Shown: one piece after another, positions 36,194 through 45,238 of the stretch
Layout: each line of letters starts with the position of its first letter
How positions within the stretch are numbered: position 1 is the stretch's first letter
The notes under the pieces: model-generated
What the model was told of the DNA's origin: nothing
What the model saw: the letters and a program-made list of their open reading frames with translations, nothing else
Databases searched by the model: none
Source of the DNA: Candidatus Nomurabacteria bacterium
Lineage (GTDB): Bacteria > Patescibacteriota > Minisyncoccia > Phycocordibacterales > UBA9973
Direction of reading: 5' to 3'
Length of the DNA stretch: 64,000 nt
NCBI GenBank assembly: GCA_023267215.1
Contig: JAHFNS010000001.1
Location: 174,710 to 238,709 of the forward strand
Translations under genes and position numbers: made by a program

Positions 36194-37183
36194 TTATTCT
36201 TTTAGGTTTAAACCAAATTTGCTCAAAACTTTTTTAATTTCACTTATTCCTTTTTCTCCAATACCTTCAATTTCAAGTAAATCTTCTCGTTTTTTTCGAG
36301 CCAAACCTCCTAAGGTTCTCACATTTCCAGCTGTAAGAGCATTCAATGTTCTAGTAGAAAGATCAAGACTGTCAGTGCGAGTTTTTAAAACATCGGTAAA
36401 ATCATCACCTTTTTTTTCTTCATTATCTTCTTTTTTATCTTTTCCAATATTTTTAACTGCAACTTCTTTATTTTCAAGTATTGGAACTTCCACTTCTTTA
36501 AAATCAATAATGGACTTTAATTGATAAATCATTATTTCAATAGACTTTAAAAATGCTTCACGTGGAGTAAGGGTGCCATCTGTCTCAATAGAGATTCTTA
36601 AACGGTTATAATTTGTATTGTCTCCGACACGCATATTTTCAACTTCATAAGCTACACGACGAATCGGAGTAAAGATACCATCAACAGCAATCATCCCTAT
36701 ATCAACTTTTTCTTTTTGTAAAATTTCTTTAGGAACAAAACCTAAACCTTTTTCAACCTTCATTTCAATATTTAAATCAACTTTGCCTGTGACCTCAACA
36801 ATGTATAATTCAGGATTTAAAATTTCTACTTGTCCACCAGTTTTTACATCTTTTGCAGTAACTTCTTTTGGACCTTTAACAGAAAGCGTCACCATTTGTG
36901 GTTCATCGGATATCATCTTAAAACGAATCTTTTTCAAGTTCAAGATCATCACAATGACATCTTCTTTTATACCATCCATTGTTTGAAATTCATGGCTAAT
37001 ACCATCTATCTTTATAGATGTAATACTAGCACCCGGCAAAGAAGAGAGAATAATTCTTCTCAAACTATTGCCAAGAGTATGACCATATCCAGGATAAAGA
37101 CCATCTATTTCAAATACTCCTTTATTGTTTTCTTCTAAAACAATACGAGGTTTAGAAGGCAAAATTATTTTATATTCAGGCAT
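36194..37183 (-). CDS. rpoA: DNA-directed RNA polymerase alpha subunit
   Basis: 329 aa; GYGHTLGNSLRRIILSSLPG N-terminal domain and C-terminal domain. Confidence 0.92.
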   Translation of the reverse strand: MPEYKIILPSKPRIVLEENNKGVFEIDGLYPGYGHTLGNSLRRIILSSLPGASITSIKIDGISHEFQTMDGIKEDVIVMILNLKKIRFKMISDEPQMVTLSVKGPKEVTAKDVKTGGQVEILNPELYIVEVTGKVDLNIEMKVEKGLGFVPKEILQKEKVDIGMIAVDGIFTPIRRVAYEVENMRVGDNTNYNRLRISIETDGTLTPREAFLKSIEIMIYQLKSIIDFKEVEVPILENKEVAVKNIGKDKKEDNEEKKGDDFTDVLKTRTDSLDLSTRTLNALTAGNVRTLGGLARKKREDLLEIEGIGEKGISEIKKVLSKFGLNLKE

Positions 37184-37248
37184 AATATTTTTATACTTTT
37201 AAATTTTAATAATGCTTGTTCCGCTTTTAGCGGAAATAAATAATAAAA

Positions 37249-37854
37249 TTAACGACTATAAAATTCGAGCACAGCATTTAAATCAAGAAAAGTCTCTACA
37301 TTTTTTGGCTTTGCTAAAATATTTCCTTCCATCTTAGTAACATCAAATGTCATCCAAGAAGGAGAATTATAATCTTTCAATCTTTCGGTTAAATTATCAA
37401 ATATTTTCTTTATTTTTGAACCTTCACGAATCTTGACCACATCTCCTACTTTTACCTCATAGGAAGGAATAGTGATTTTATGGTTATTCACAATAAAATG
37501 TCCATGAGAAACCATCTGTCTTGCTGCTCGTCTACTTGCTGCTAAACCCATTCGATAAACTACGTTATCTAAACGAGCTTCTAATTCTTCATAAAATTTC
37601 TCGGCTGTTCCAGCTCCTTTAATATGACTTGCTTTTTTAACGTAATTTGAAAGTTGACGTTCAGTGATACCATAAGAAAAACGGATTTTTTGCTTTTCTA
37701 TAAGTTGAACACCGTATTCAGATAAAGCTTTGGGGCGACGCGCGTTTGGACCACCAAATTTAGGAGATGAAGCAGAAAACTTTGGAGTCTGACATTTGTC
37801 ATATACCCCGGCTCCTAATCTTCTTCCTATTTTAAATTTTGGTTTTGATATCAT
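37249..37854 (-). CDS. rpsD: 30S ribosomal protein S4
   Basis: 201 aa; uS4 N terminus and S4 RNA-binding domain. Confidence 0.9.
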   Translation of the reverse strand: MISKPKFKIGRRLGAGVYDKCQTPKFSASSPKFGGPNARRPKALSEYGVQLIEKQKIRFSYGITERQLSNYVKKASHIKGAGTAEKFYEELEARLDNVVYRMGLAASRRAARQMVSHGHFIVNNHKITIPSYEVKVGDVVKIREGSKIKKIFDNLTERLKDYNSPSWMTFDVTKMEGNILAKPKNVETFLDLNAVLEFYSR

Positions 37855-37898
37855 AAGTTAGTTTCTAGATTCACTAATCGCTAGTACCTAATTGATAA

Positions 37899-38330
37899 TT
37901 ACACTCTCCTTGGTTTCTTGGCTTTTGGACCATTATGTGGAACTGGAGTAGCATCTTTTATGGCTGTTATTTCTATTCCATGAGCCATAAATGCTCTAAT
38001 AACTGGTTCACGTCCTGAACCAACCCCTCGTACCACAACATCCGAATCTTTTACTCCGAGTACAGCTGCCTTATCACCTATCAAATCACCTACTTTGGAA
38101 GCTGCAAATGGAGTCCCCTTTTTTGCTCCTCTAAAACCTAAACTCCCTGCACTAGACCAAAATAGTGTATTTCCTAATTTGTCTCCAAAAAGAACCTTCG
38201 TATTATTAAATGTTGCGTCAATATACAAAATCCCAGAAGTTATTTTTTTCTTAGGTGTTTTCGCCTGAGTTGTTTTAACTTCTACTTTTTCTAAAGAATC
38301 AGATTCAGTTGTAATTTTTGTTTTTCCCAT
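37899..38330 (-). CDS. rpsK: 30S ribosomal protein S11
   Basis: 143 aa; GILYIDATFNNT...FRGAKKGTPFAA uS11 core. Confidence 0.9.
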   Translation of the reverse strand: MGKTKITTESDSLEKVEVKTTQAKTPKKKITSGILYIDATFNNTKVLFGDKLGNTLFWSSAGSLGFRGAKKGTPFAASKVGDLIGDKAAVLGVKDSDVVVRGVGSGREPVIRAFMAHGIEITAIKDATPVPHNGPKAKKPRRV

Positions 38331-38339
38331 TTTTATAAA

Positions 38340-38720
38340 TTATGTTTTACTTTCTTTTCTCTTACCTGAAGCCATTGTACGTCTTACATTTCCTCTTACT
38401 GTTCGAGAATTTGTTTTTGTTCTTTGGCCTCTAACTGGCAATCTTTTGATATGTCTAACACCTCTATAGGTCTTAATGTCTTTCAATCTTTTGATATTTG
38501 CAGAAATTTCTCTTTTTAAATTTCCTTCAATTTTCATTCCTTCAATAATTGCACGAATTTTATTTTCCTCTTCGGGTGTCAAATCTTTTGCTTTTTTACC
38601 GACATCTATACTAACTTGTTTTAAAATTTTTCGAGCAGTCGAAATACCTATTCCATAAAGGCATGTCAAACCAATCTCAAGTCTCTTTTCGTCTGGTACT
38701 GTTATTCCTAAAATTCTCAT
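38340..38720 (-). CDS. rpsM: 30S ribosomal protein S13
   Basis: 126 aa; MRILGITVPDEKRLEIGLTCLYGIG. Confidence 0.9.
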   Translation of the reverse strand: MRILGITVPDEKRLEIGLTCLYGIGISTARKILKQVSIDVGKKAKDLTPEEENKIRAIIEGMKIEGNLKREISANIKRLKDIKTYRGVRHIKRLPVRGQRTKTNSRTVRGNVRRTMASGKRKESKT

Positions 38721-38722
38721 AA

Positions 38723-38833
38723 TTATTGTTTTTGTTTATGTTTTGGATTAGAACAAATCACTCTTAAATGTCTGGCTCTTTTAACCATTTTACAATTATC
38801 ACATATTTTTTTAACTGTTGATCTAATTCGCAT
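38723..38833 (-). CDS. rpmJ: 50S ribosomal protein L36 (absent from the ORF track because it is under 60 aa)
   Basis: Manual translation gives [36 protein letters not shown], the canonical bL36 with its C-x2-C...C-x4-H zinc ribbon; it sits between rpsM and infA as expected. Confidence 0.85.
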   Translation of the reverse strand: MRIRSTVKKICDNCKMVKRARHLRVICSNPKHKQKQ

Positions 38834-38955
38834 AAAAATATTTAATTGACCAAAACAAGACAAAAATAAAGGGAAAACCCTTATTTTTCAATGTTTAAAA
38901 TCTTTTATAAACTGTAATTACTATAATACACCATTCTTAAAAAAAATACAACTAT

Positions 38956-39201
38956 TTAAAACCTTTTTATTATTCTTCCTTTTCCACCATAAGGATCGAG
39001 TACGACCTCTACAGAATCCCCAATTAAAACTTTAATTCTATGCATACGCATTTTTCCACTAAGATAAGCCAGAATTTCTTTCTTCCCTTCTATATTACTT
39101 TCTGTTTTATCTTCAATTTGAACTCTAAACAAAGTAGAAGGTAATGATTCAGTAATAACCCCTCTAGTCGTTAAAATTTTTTCGTTTTTTAAATCACTCA
39201 T
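38956..39201 (-). CDS. infA: Translation initiation factor IF-1
   Basis: 81 aa; S1-like OB fold; GVITESLPSTLFRVQIE...MRMHRIKVLIGDSVEV. Confidence 0.9.
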   Translation of the reverse strand: MSDLKNEKILTTRGVITESLPSTLFRVQIEDKTESNIEGKKEILAYLSGKMRMHRIKVLIGDSVEVVLDPYGGKGRIIKRF

Positions 39202-39253
39202 TAAGTACTATGATTATAATAAATATAAAACTTTAAGTCAAAGCACAATGTTG

Positions 39254-39297
39254 ATAAGCTGGGCTTAAGGAAACTTCTCCTAAGCCCAGCTTACGGG
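39254..39297. repeat. Long hairpin TAAGCTGGGCTTAAGGA-AACTTC-TCCTAAGCCCAGCTTA (CCTAAGC palindrome family) at the 3' end of paralog 7
   Basis: About 16-bp stem read directly; shares its core with the 14098, 41021 and 50635 copies. Confidence 0.6.
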
Positions 39298-39300
39298 AAA

Positions 39301-41004
39301 TTAATATACCTCTTGATTATAACATTTCTCACAGTAAATTATTTCTGGTCTATCTGGTGCATAGCTAGTCTCAAACTCGTTTTGGCAACCATCTTTCATA
39401 CACTTTCTATGCCAAAGTTTAAGAGGATTTCTTTGTTTAAGTCTATTATAGTGTCTGCAGTTAGGACAGAAGTGAGAAATGGGTAGATTCATTCGTTTAT
39501 AGAAGGATAGCTCATCTGGTATGATTTTGAAGGCTTCAGTACATTGTTCATTACATTTTCCTTTATGTTCACATTCTATGACTTTGTTCACGATATCATC
39601 TTTCACATCTTTTATATCATTAGGAATATCTTCATTCTTAATGTCTATTGTGTAATTTCTCTCTTCTTTATCTTTCCACTTATATCCTTGTGTTATGGCT
39701 TCTTCTTTAGTTAATGGGAAGTATTCTTGGGCTATGGTTTCGTTATAGCAGAATGGACTTAATTCACTTGGGAAGAATTCACCGTATTTATAGATTCTTC
39801 CCTTTTTATCTATATAGGGCATATCGTTCATGTGTTTGATTATCTTGGGGACTAATTCTTCGTATTCTTCCTTTGTATATTGTTTGTTTAAGATGCAGTA
39901 TTGTTTGGAACGGAGACCGATGCAGGCGAAACAATTATTACAAACATAACAAAAATCACAATAAGAAAGTTCACTTGATTCTCCACAAGTATTGGTAATT
40001 TTCGTATTAGTATTTTTCCAAAATGATATATTCTCATAAACGAGTTCCATAAATTCACAAAAGTTTGCATCATAAACATTACGACCATCTATCATTCTGG
40101 TACAATACTTTTCGTCTTCACATTTTTTCACGTCAAAACAATCATGAACATTTTTTGACTGGATGATATTATTTCCTGATACATTTTTACTCTGTAACTC
40201 TATTGAAAATTTATGAGGAATTGTTTTTTTAACTTTCAAAAACTCTTCTTTCACTTTTTCAAGTCCCTCTTTTGTATTTAAGCCTAATGCATTTTTTTTA
40301 TTTGAAAATTCCTCTTTTGTATAGGCTTTATTAAAAATATGATATTTCTGTCCACGAAGACCTACACAACCAATACAATCTTGGCAATTTTTACAATCGA
40401 AGCAATAAATTAGGTCAAAAGAATTTGAACATTCTTGTGCAAAAATAGAATGGGAAAGTTTTTCACAATCTATGCATTCATAACAATATTCACATTCTCG
40501 TGCTAGGTGTGTATCAATACAATTCTTTGATTCATAAGGAGAACCATACATACAATCTTCAATGGCAATAGAACCAAAACAAAGATAGGAATTTTTTACA
40601 TCGCCAACATAATTACAATAATCACTATTATAAACAAAATTTGCGTTTAAATTTATTCTTGGTACTTTTTCTTGTAACTCCTTTAATTGAATAAAAAAGT
40701 TTTTAGAGAAATCATAATCTATTCCATAAGATAAAGCATCCCAATTGTCAGACCAAAAATAATCTCTTTCATATACTTTATATGGTTTATCTAAAGAATA
40801 AACGGAAATTATATTTTTACCAGTTCCATCACACAATCTTTTATAAAGAGAACGTTCATTTCTGAAAGAAAAACGTCTAATTAATCTACATTCCGGACAA
40901 AAAGTTGGAGGTGGAACTTTGATTTTTTCATAAAATCCAAAATCATCTGGCTCTATAATAAAGTCTTTTTTGCAATTCTGGCAATTTCTAGTTTCACTTT
41001 GCAT
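39301..41004 (-). CDS. Cysteine-rich repeat protein, paralog 7
   Basis: 567 aa; N-terminal 45 aa nearly identical to paralog 2; C terminus nearly identical to paralog 1 (KLWHRKCMKDGCQNEFETSYAPDRPEIIYCEKCY). Confidence 0.8.
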   Translation of the reverse strand: MQSETRNCQNCKKDFIIEPDDFGFYEKIKVPPPTFCPECRLIRRFSFRNERSLYKRLCDGTGKNIISVYSLDKPYKVYERDYFWSDNWDALSYGIDYDFSKNFFIQLKELQEKVPRINLNANFVYNSDYCNYVGDVKNSYLCFGSIAIEDCMYGSPYESKNCIDTHLARECEYCYECIDCEKLSHSIFAQECSNSFDLIYCFDCKNCQDCIGCVGLRGQKYHIFNKAYTKEEFSNKKNALGLNTKEGLEKVKEEFLKVKKTIPHKFSIELQSKNVSGNNIIQSKNVHDCFDVKKCEDEKYCTRMIDGRNVYDANFCEFMELVYENISFWKNTNTKITNTCGESSELSYCDFCYVCNNCFACIGLRSKQYCILNKQYTKEEYEELVPKIIKHMNDMPYIDKKGRIYKYGEFFPSELSPFCYNETIAQEYFPLTKEEAITQGYKWKDKEERNYTIDIKNEDIPNDIKDVKDDIVNKVIECEHKGKCNEQCTEAFKIIPDELSFYKRMNLPISHFCPNCRHYNRLKQRNPLKLWHRKCMKDGCQNEFETSYAPDRPEIIYCEKCYNQEVY

Positions 41005-41005
41005 A

Positions 41006-41044
41006 ACTGTGGATAACTGCCCCTAAGCCCAGCTTAGGAGAGAT
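41006..41044. repeat. CTGTGGATAACTGCCCCTAAGC-CCA-GCTTAGGAG (DnaA-box-like motif plus CCTAAGC palindrome) at the 5' side of paralog 7
   Basis: Near-identical to 14086..14123 with the loop inverted. Confidence 0.6.
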
Positions 41045-42354
41045 TATTTTGGATAATTTACAATAACTTGAATGCTTTTACTTTTATCAGGAAAAGAAGA
41101 TTTCCAAAAAGGACGAAGAACTAACTCAGCAGAATCAATATTTGGGTACTTGGATAAAATCTGGTTAAACTCAGTTTTCTTTTTTCCTAATACATCATTA
41201 ATGAATGATGTTTGATCAACTTTCCAAATGATTTTCGAAGTACCAGTTAAAGTGAAATTAATACTTTTTACATCTGCAAAAGATACATTTTCTTTATCTG
41301 CTAAAACGAAAGACATATCTCTAATGTTTGGTATATAAATATCTTCTCCTGCGTATTTATCAACAATATCTTCTGCTATTTTTTTGGTTAACTTTTTTTC
41401 ATCAAAAAGAAAACCATAAAGGGTACCTTTCACTTTTACCGAAACTTTATTATCTTTATCTGGAGAAAAAGTGATATCTTTATCTAAAATACTGGTAAAT
41501 ACAGCATCTTTGTAAAGGATAAACCCACTTGGAATCTGATCTGTTACTTTTTTCACAAGCTTAGTCTCTAAAATAGCTTTTAGTTCATTCACTGCACTCG
41601 CCTTATCTAATGAAGATACAACTGGTGATTTACCTTTAAAACCACCACTAATATCTCCCTTTGACCTAGCATAAAATTTAGAATACTTAGGTGTGCCCTT
41701 AAATCCTAAAATTTTAAAATCTAACGGAGTACTGTTGTATTCTTCTCCGCCTTCTGCTCCATAGATACCTACCTCGACGTTTCCAGGTTTACCATCTTTT
41801 GTGATTCCGGGTACAGTTATTTTATTACTTGTCTTGTAAATTTTTCCATTTGACCCCTCTAAGCGAGTATCTATGTCGAGCATTTGTGGGGAAGAATTGT
41901 AAGAGTTATAAACAATGATAGTGCCTGTAGCTTTTATGGTTGTGTCTTTCATTTCTCCACCCTGTATAGATTTATTTTCTTCTCCTGAAATAACAACTAA
42001 ATCAAAAGATAAACCAGGTGTACTTAAATCTTTTGTAGCTGTTAAATTATCATTCAATTGTATTTCTTTTACCTTGGGAATTATTGTAATTTTGGCACCA
42101 GAAAATAAAAAAGAAAGAGCAAAAAGAAGAAATAAAACAGAAATAAACGCTACAAAAAAAAGCCTATACTTAGATTTTTTACTGCTCTTTTTTACTCCAC
42201 CATAAACTATTTCTCTTTCTCTTATTTTTTCTTTTTTTCTATCAGAAAAACTCTCAGCATTAATAGTAGGTCTCTCTTTAACTTTTATAATTTTTATAGA
42301 TGCAGGTGTATGAGTTTTAACTTTCACCATATCCTGCATTAAATTTTTTGCCAT
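41044..42354 (-). CDS. Hypothetical single-pass membrane-anchored protein (possibly PilN/PilO-like)
   Basis: 436 aa; basic cytoplasmic N terminus, one TM segment (VAFISVLFLLFALSFLF), large extracytoplasmic domain; placed downstream of an actin-fold ATPase. Confidence 0.3.
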   Translation of the reverse strand: MAKNLMQDMVKVKTHTPASIKIIKVKERPTINAESFSDRKKEKIREREIVYGGVKKSSKKSKYRLFFVAFISVLFLLFALSFLFSGAKITIIPKVKEIQLNDNLTATKDLSTPGLSFDLVVISGEENKSIQGGEMKDTTIKATGTIIVYNSYNSSPQMLDIDTRLEGSNGKIYKTSNKITVPGITKDGKPGNVEVGIYGAEGGEEYNSTPLDFKILGFKGTPKYSKFYARSKGDISGGFKGKSPVVSSLDKASAVNELKAILETKLVKKVTDQIPSGFILYKDAVFTSILDKDITFSPDKDNKVSVKVKGTLYGFLFDEKKLTKKIAEDIVDKYAGEDIYIPNIRDMSFVLADKENVSFADVKSINFTLTGTSKIIWKVDQTSFINDVLGKKKTEFNQILSKYPNIDSAELVLRPFWKSSFPDKSKSIQVIVNYPK

Positions 42355-42363
42355 AATATAATT

Positions 42364-43566
42364 TTAACAAATAAAACGATTAATATAAACAGACTCAATA
42401 ATAAGGAATGGGTCACGATCTATATTTTCTTTATCTGAGTAATCCAATCGGACAGATTTGAAATCTACATTTCCGTGAAGAATTTGGTTATTCAAAAATA
42501 TAATTTTAAACTTGGAAATAGTTGAAATATATTGATTAAATTGTTCCCTATTAATAATATCACCAAAAAAATCTGCAAAATCTTGATCTACTGTTATAAA
42601 AATAGTTGATGGAATAGATGTATTTTTTGAAATATCCACTAAAGATTTTTGGAATAGATCAAGCCATTCTGTTTTTAATTTATCCATAACAGGACCAATT
42701 TTTTTAAAAATGGCATCCGAGGCATGTCCATCCATATAGATGGAAATATAAGTTTTTGCTTCATCTAAGGAACAATTTAATTTGGTAGCGGTTTTGCGAA
42801 TCATAAAATTACGTCCTAAAGGAAAAGAAACAGAACTTATTAACGCTTCTTTTTTGATTATAGAAATATCCGTCATCTCTCCACAAATATCCATTAAAAG
42901 AAAGTCTTCCTGGCTCATAAACATATCTCGAACGATGGTGAAAGATGCTATGGTAAAAGAAGAAAATCTTATGTCTCTCGGATGAAAGTGTTTAAATATA
43001 CTCTCTTCAATTTTTTTTAAAACTTTTTCTCCACTCATAGAAACAAAAATATTCATCTCGAGCTTTTGACATTTTTTATTAAAAGGTTCTTTAGTTACAT
43101 AACCATTTAACATGGTCTTAATATTTTTAAATTCAATCATTCTAATTTTATTTGGAGTATCTTTAAATTCTGCCAAGTGCTCTTTTTCAAATAAACTTAT
43201 CTCTTTTTGAATTAAACCGTCAGCAAGTTTAGAAGTAAATATGAAAGGAATATTTTTCTCTAATTTAATAATTCTAGTCTCCGAGACATACCAAGGTGAA
43301 GAAAGAACACAGAAAATTTTGGTTGGATTTCCAACCGAAGATAAAGATATTTTTTTAGCTATAATATCAAGTGCTTTTAAAGTTAATAAAAGAAACCTAT
43401 CGGAATCCATCTTGTTTTCAAAAGTTATTGATTCTCTAATAGAAAAAATTATTTTAGGAGTTTTGTTTTTATTTATTTCAAAAACTGCACCTCCAACAGA
43501 AGAAGATCCAATATCAAAAACTAAACCTAATTTCTTCCCTTCTGCTTTCTTAGAAAAGATTCCCAT
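42364..43566 (-). CDS. Actin-like ATPase-fold protein (PilM/FtsA-like)
   Basis: 400 aa; N-terminal phosphate-1 motif GLVFDIGSSSVGGAVFE typical of the ASKHA/actin fold. Confidence 0.4.
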   Translation of the reverse strand: MGIFSKKAEGKKLGLVFDIGSSSVGGAVFEINKNKTPKIIFSIRESITFENKMDSDRFLLLTLKALDIIAKKISLSSVGNPTKIFCVLSSPWYVSETRIIKLEKNIPFIFTSKLADGLIQKEISLFEKEHLAEFKDTPNKIRMIEFKNIKTMLNGYVTKEPFNKKCQKLEMNIFVSMSGEKVLKKIEESIFKHFHPRDIRFSSFTIASFTIVRDMFMSQEDFLLMDICGEMTDISIIKKEALISSVSFPLGRNFMIRKTATKLNCSLDEAKTYISIYMDGHASDAIFKKIGPVMDKLKTEWLDLFQKSLVDISKNTSIPSTIFITVDQDFADFFGDIINREQFNQYISTISKFKIIFLNNQILHGNVDFKSVRLDYSDKENIDRDPFLIIESVYINRFIC

Positions 43567-43590
43567 AAATGTAATTGTATCATAAAAACT

Positions 43591-45234
43591 CTATAGAAGC
43601 ACAGCCTTTATACGTCTAACTCCAGCTGAAACAGCTTCTTCTTTTATTATTTTAAATTGTCCTAATTCACCTGTATTTTTGACATGCGGCCCTCCACAAA
43701 ATTCTTTTGAAATTTGATTCCCATCTTTGTCTTCAATAAAATATACGCTCACCATATCTGGGTATTTAGCTCCGAATTCCATTTCTGCCCCTATTTTTTC
43801 TGCCTCAGAAAGAGGCATTTCACAACGAATAACGTCAAGCTTATTTTCTATTTTTTCATTAACAAAATCTTCTACTTTCTTTTTTTCTTCATCTGTTAGT
43901 TTGTGATCACAAATGAAATCTATACGCAAACGTTCTTCTGTGATATTACTTCCCTTTTGTTTTATATTTTTATCAACAATATTTTGTAAACCAGCTAAAA
44001 GTAAATGATGTGCAGTATGTAATCTAATAGTTTTTTCATTATGATTAAGAAGTCCACCCTTGAACATTCCCGCCGAAGCAGTCTGCGAAAGCCTCTGGTG
44101 TTCTGCCATTTTTTTATTAAAATCTTCTAAATCTATCTTTTGTTCTTTCTCTTTTGCAAGCTCAAGAGTAAGCTCGATTGGGAAACCATAAGTAGTAGCC
44201 AAAATAAATGGATCTTCTCCTCTTTCAAATTCTTTTAAACCTCTACCTAGCGTTTCTCTAAATTTTTGTTCTTCTTTATTTATTTCTCCATTATCATTCA
44301 AAACATAAATACCTTCATACCTTTTTTTATTTCTTTCAATTATTTTTTCTAATGGCTCCTTAGAAAATCTTACAGCCCTGCGTACTAATCTCCTCAAAAC
44401 ATATCCTCGTCCAGTATTAGAAGGTAAAACTCCATCAGAAATAATAAAAAGTGCAGCTTTTATATGGTCAGAAATAATTCTCTCTTCTTTTGCCTTTTCT
44501 CCATTAAATAAATCCGTATCATAAACACTTTCTTTTTTTTGTACTATCGAAACCAATCTTTCAAGTCCCATACCTGTATCAATACCCAATATATCTAGCT
44601 TTTTAAGGGTTACCTCACCTTTATCTAATTTTTCTCGAGAACCATCACAAAAATACTCATTGAAAACTATATTCCAAATTTCAACATCTTCTCCGTTTGC
44701 ATTTTTGCAATAAACTTCTGTAGTTCTACCACAAGGACCAGAATTTCCTGTCGGTCCCCAAAATACATCTTCCCCTTCTTCTTTTATATTTTTAACTCCG
44801 ATTTCTTTCCAAATTCTTTCTGACTCTTCATCTTTCGGAACATTTTTACTTCCTTTATAAACTGTCACATAAGAAATATCCAAATTCATTTCTTTAGTAA
44901 TAAAATCATAAGCATACTCTATCGCTTCTTTTCTTCCATATCCACCAAAAGAAAAATTACCCAACATTTCAAAAAATGTTAAATGCGTAGAATCTCCGAC
45001 TTCATCAATATCTCCTGTACGTATACATTTTTGAATAGTGGTTACATTTAAACTTCCAAAATCTTTTTCTGCATCCTTTGGATTAATATAATAAGGTTTA
45101 AATTGTTGCATTCCTGCCGTTGTAAAAAGTACTGAAGGATCATTCTCAGGTATTAATAAAGAAGAAGGTATTATTTTGTGTCCTCTTTTCTCAAAAAACT
45201 TTAAAAATCTTGACCTAATTTCATTTGAATCCAT
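43591..45234 (-). CDS. alaS: Alanyl-tRNA synthetase, short form (catalytic plus editing domains, no C-Ala domain)
   Basis: 547 aa; FTTAGMQQFKPYY catalytic motif; editing-domain HTAHHLL and CGGPHV zinc motifs. Confidence 0.85.
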   Translation of the reverse strand: MDSNEIRSRFLKFFEKRGHKIIPSSLLIPENDPSVLFTTAGMQQFKPYYINPKDAEKDFGSLNVTTIQKCIRTGDIDEVGDSTHLTFFEMLGNFSFGGYGRKEAIEYAYDFITKEMNLDISYVTVYKGSKNVPKDEESERIWKEIGVKNIKEEGEDVFWGPTGNSGPCGRTTEVYCKNANGEDVEIWNIVFNEYFCDGSREKLDKGEVTLKKLDILGIDTGMGLERLVSIVQKKESVYDTDLFNGEKAKEERIISDHIKAALFIISDGVLPSNTGRGYVLRRLVRRAVRFSKEPLEKIIERNKKRYEGIYVLNDNGEINKEEQKFRETLGRGLKEFERGEDPFILATTYGFPIELTLELAKEKEQKIDLEDFNKKMAEHQRLSQTASAGMFKGGLLNHNEKTIRLHTAHHLLLAGLQNIVDKNIKQKGSNITEERLRIDFICDHKLTDEEKKKVEDFVNEKIENKLDVIRCEMPLSEAEKIGAEMEFGAKYPDMVSVYFIEDKDGNQISKEFCGGPHVKNTGELGQFKIIKEEAVSAGVRRIKAVLL

Positions 45235-45238
45235 AAAC

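Noticed and set aside
4919-41014. oriC call from DnaA boxes (TGTGGATAA at 4921, 14088 and 41008) near dnaB
   Set aside because: There are only three perfect boxes spread over 36 kb, with no cluster and no adjacent AT-rich DUE or dnaA gene. Two of them are part of a repeated palindromic element.
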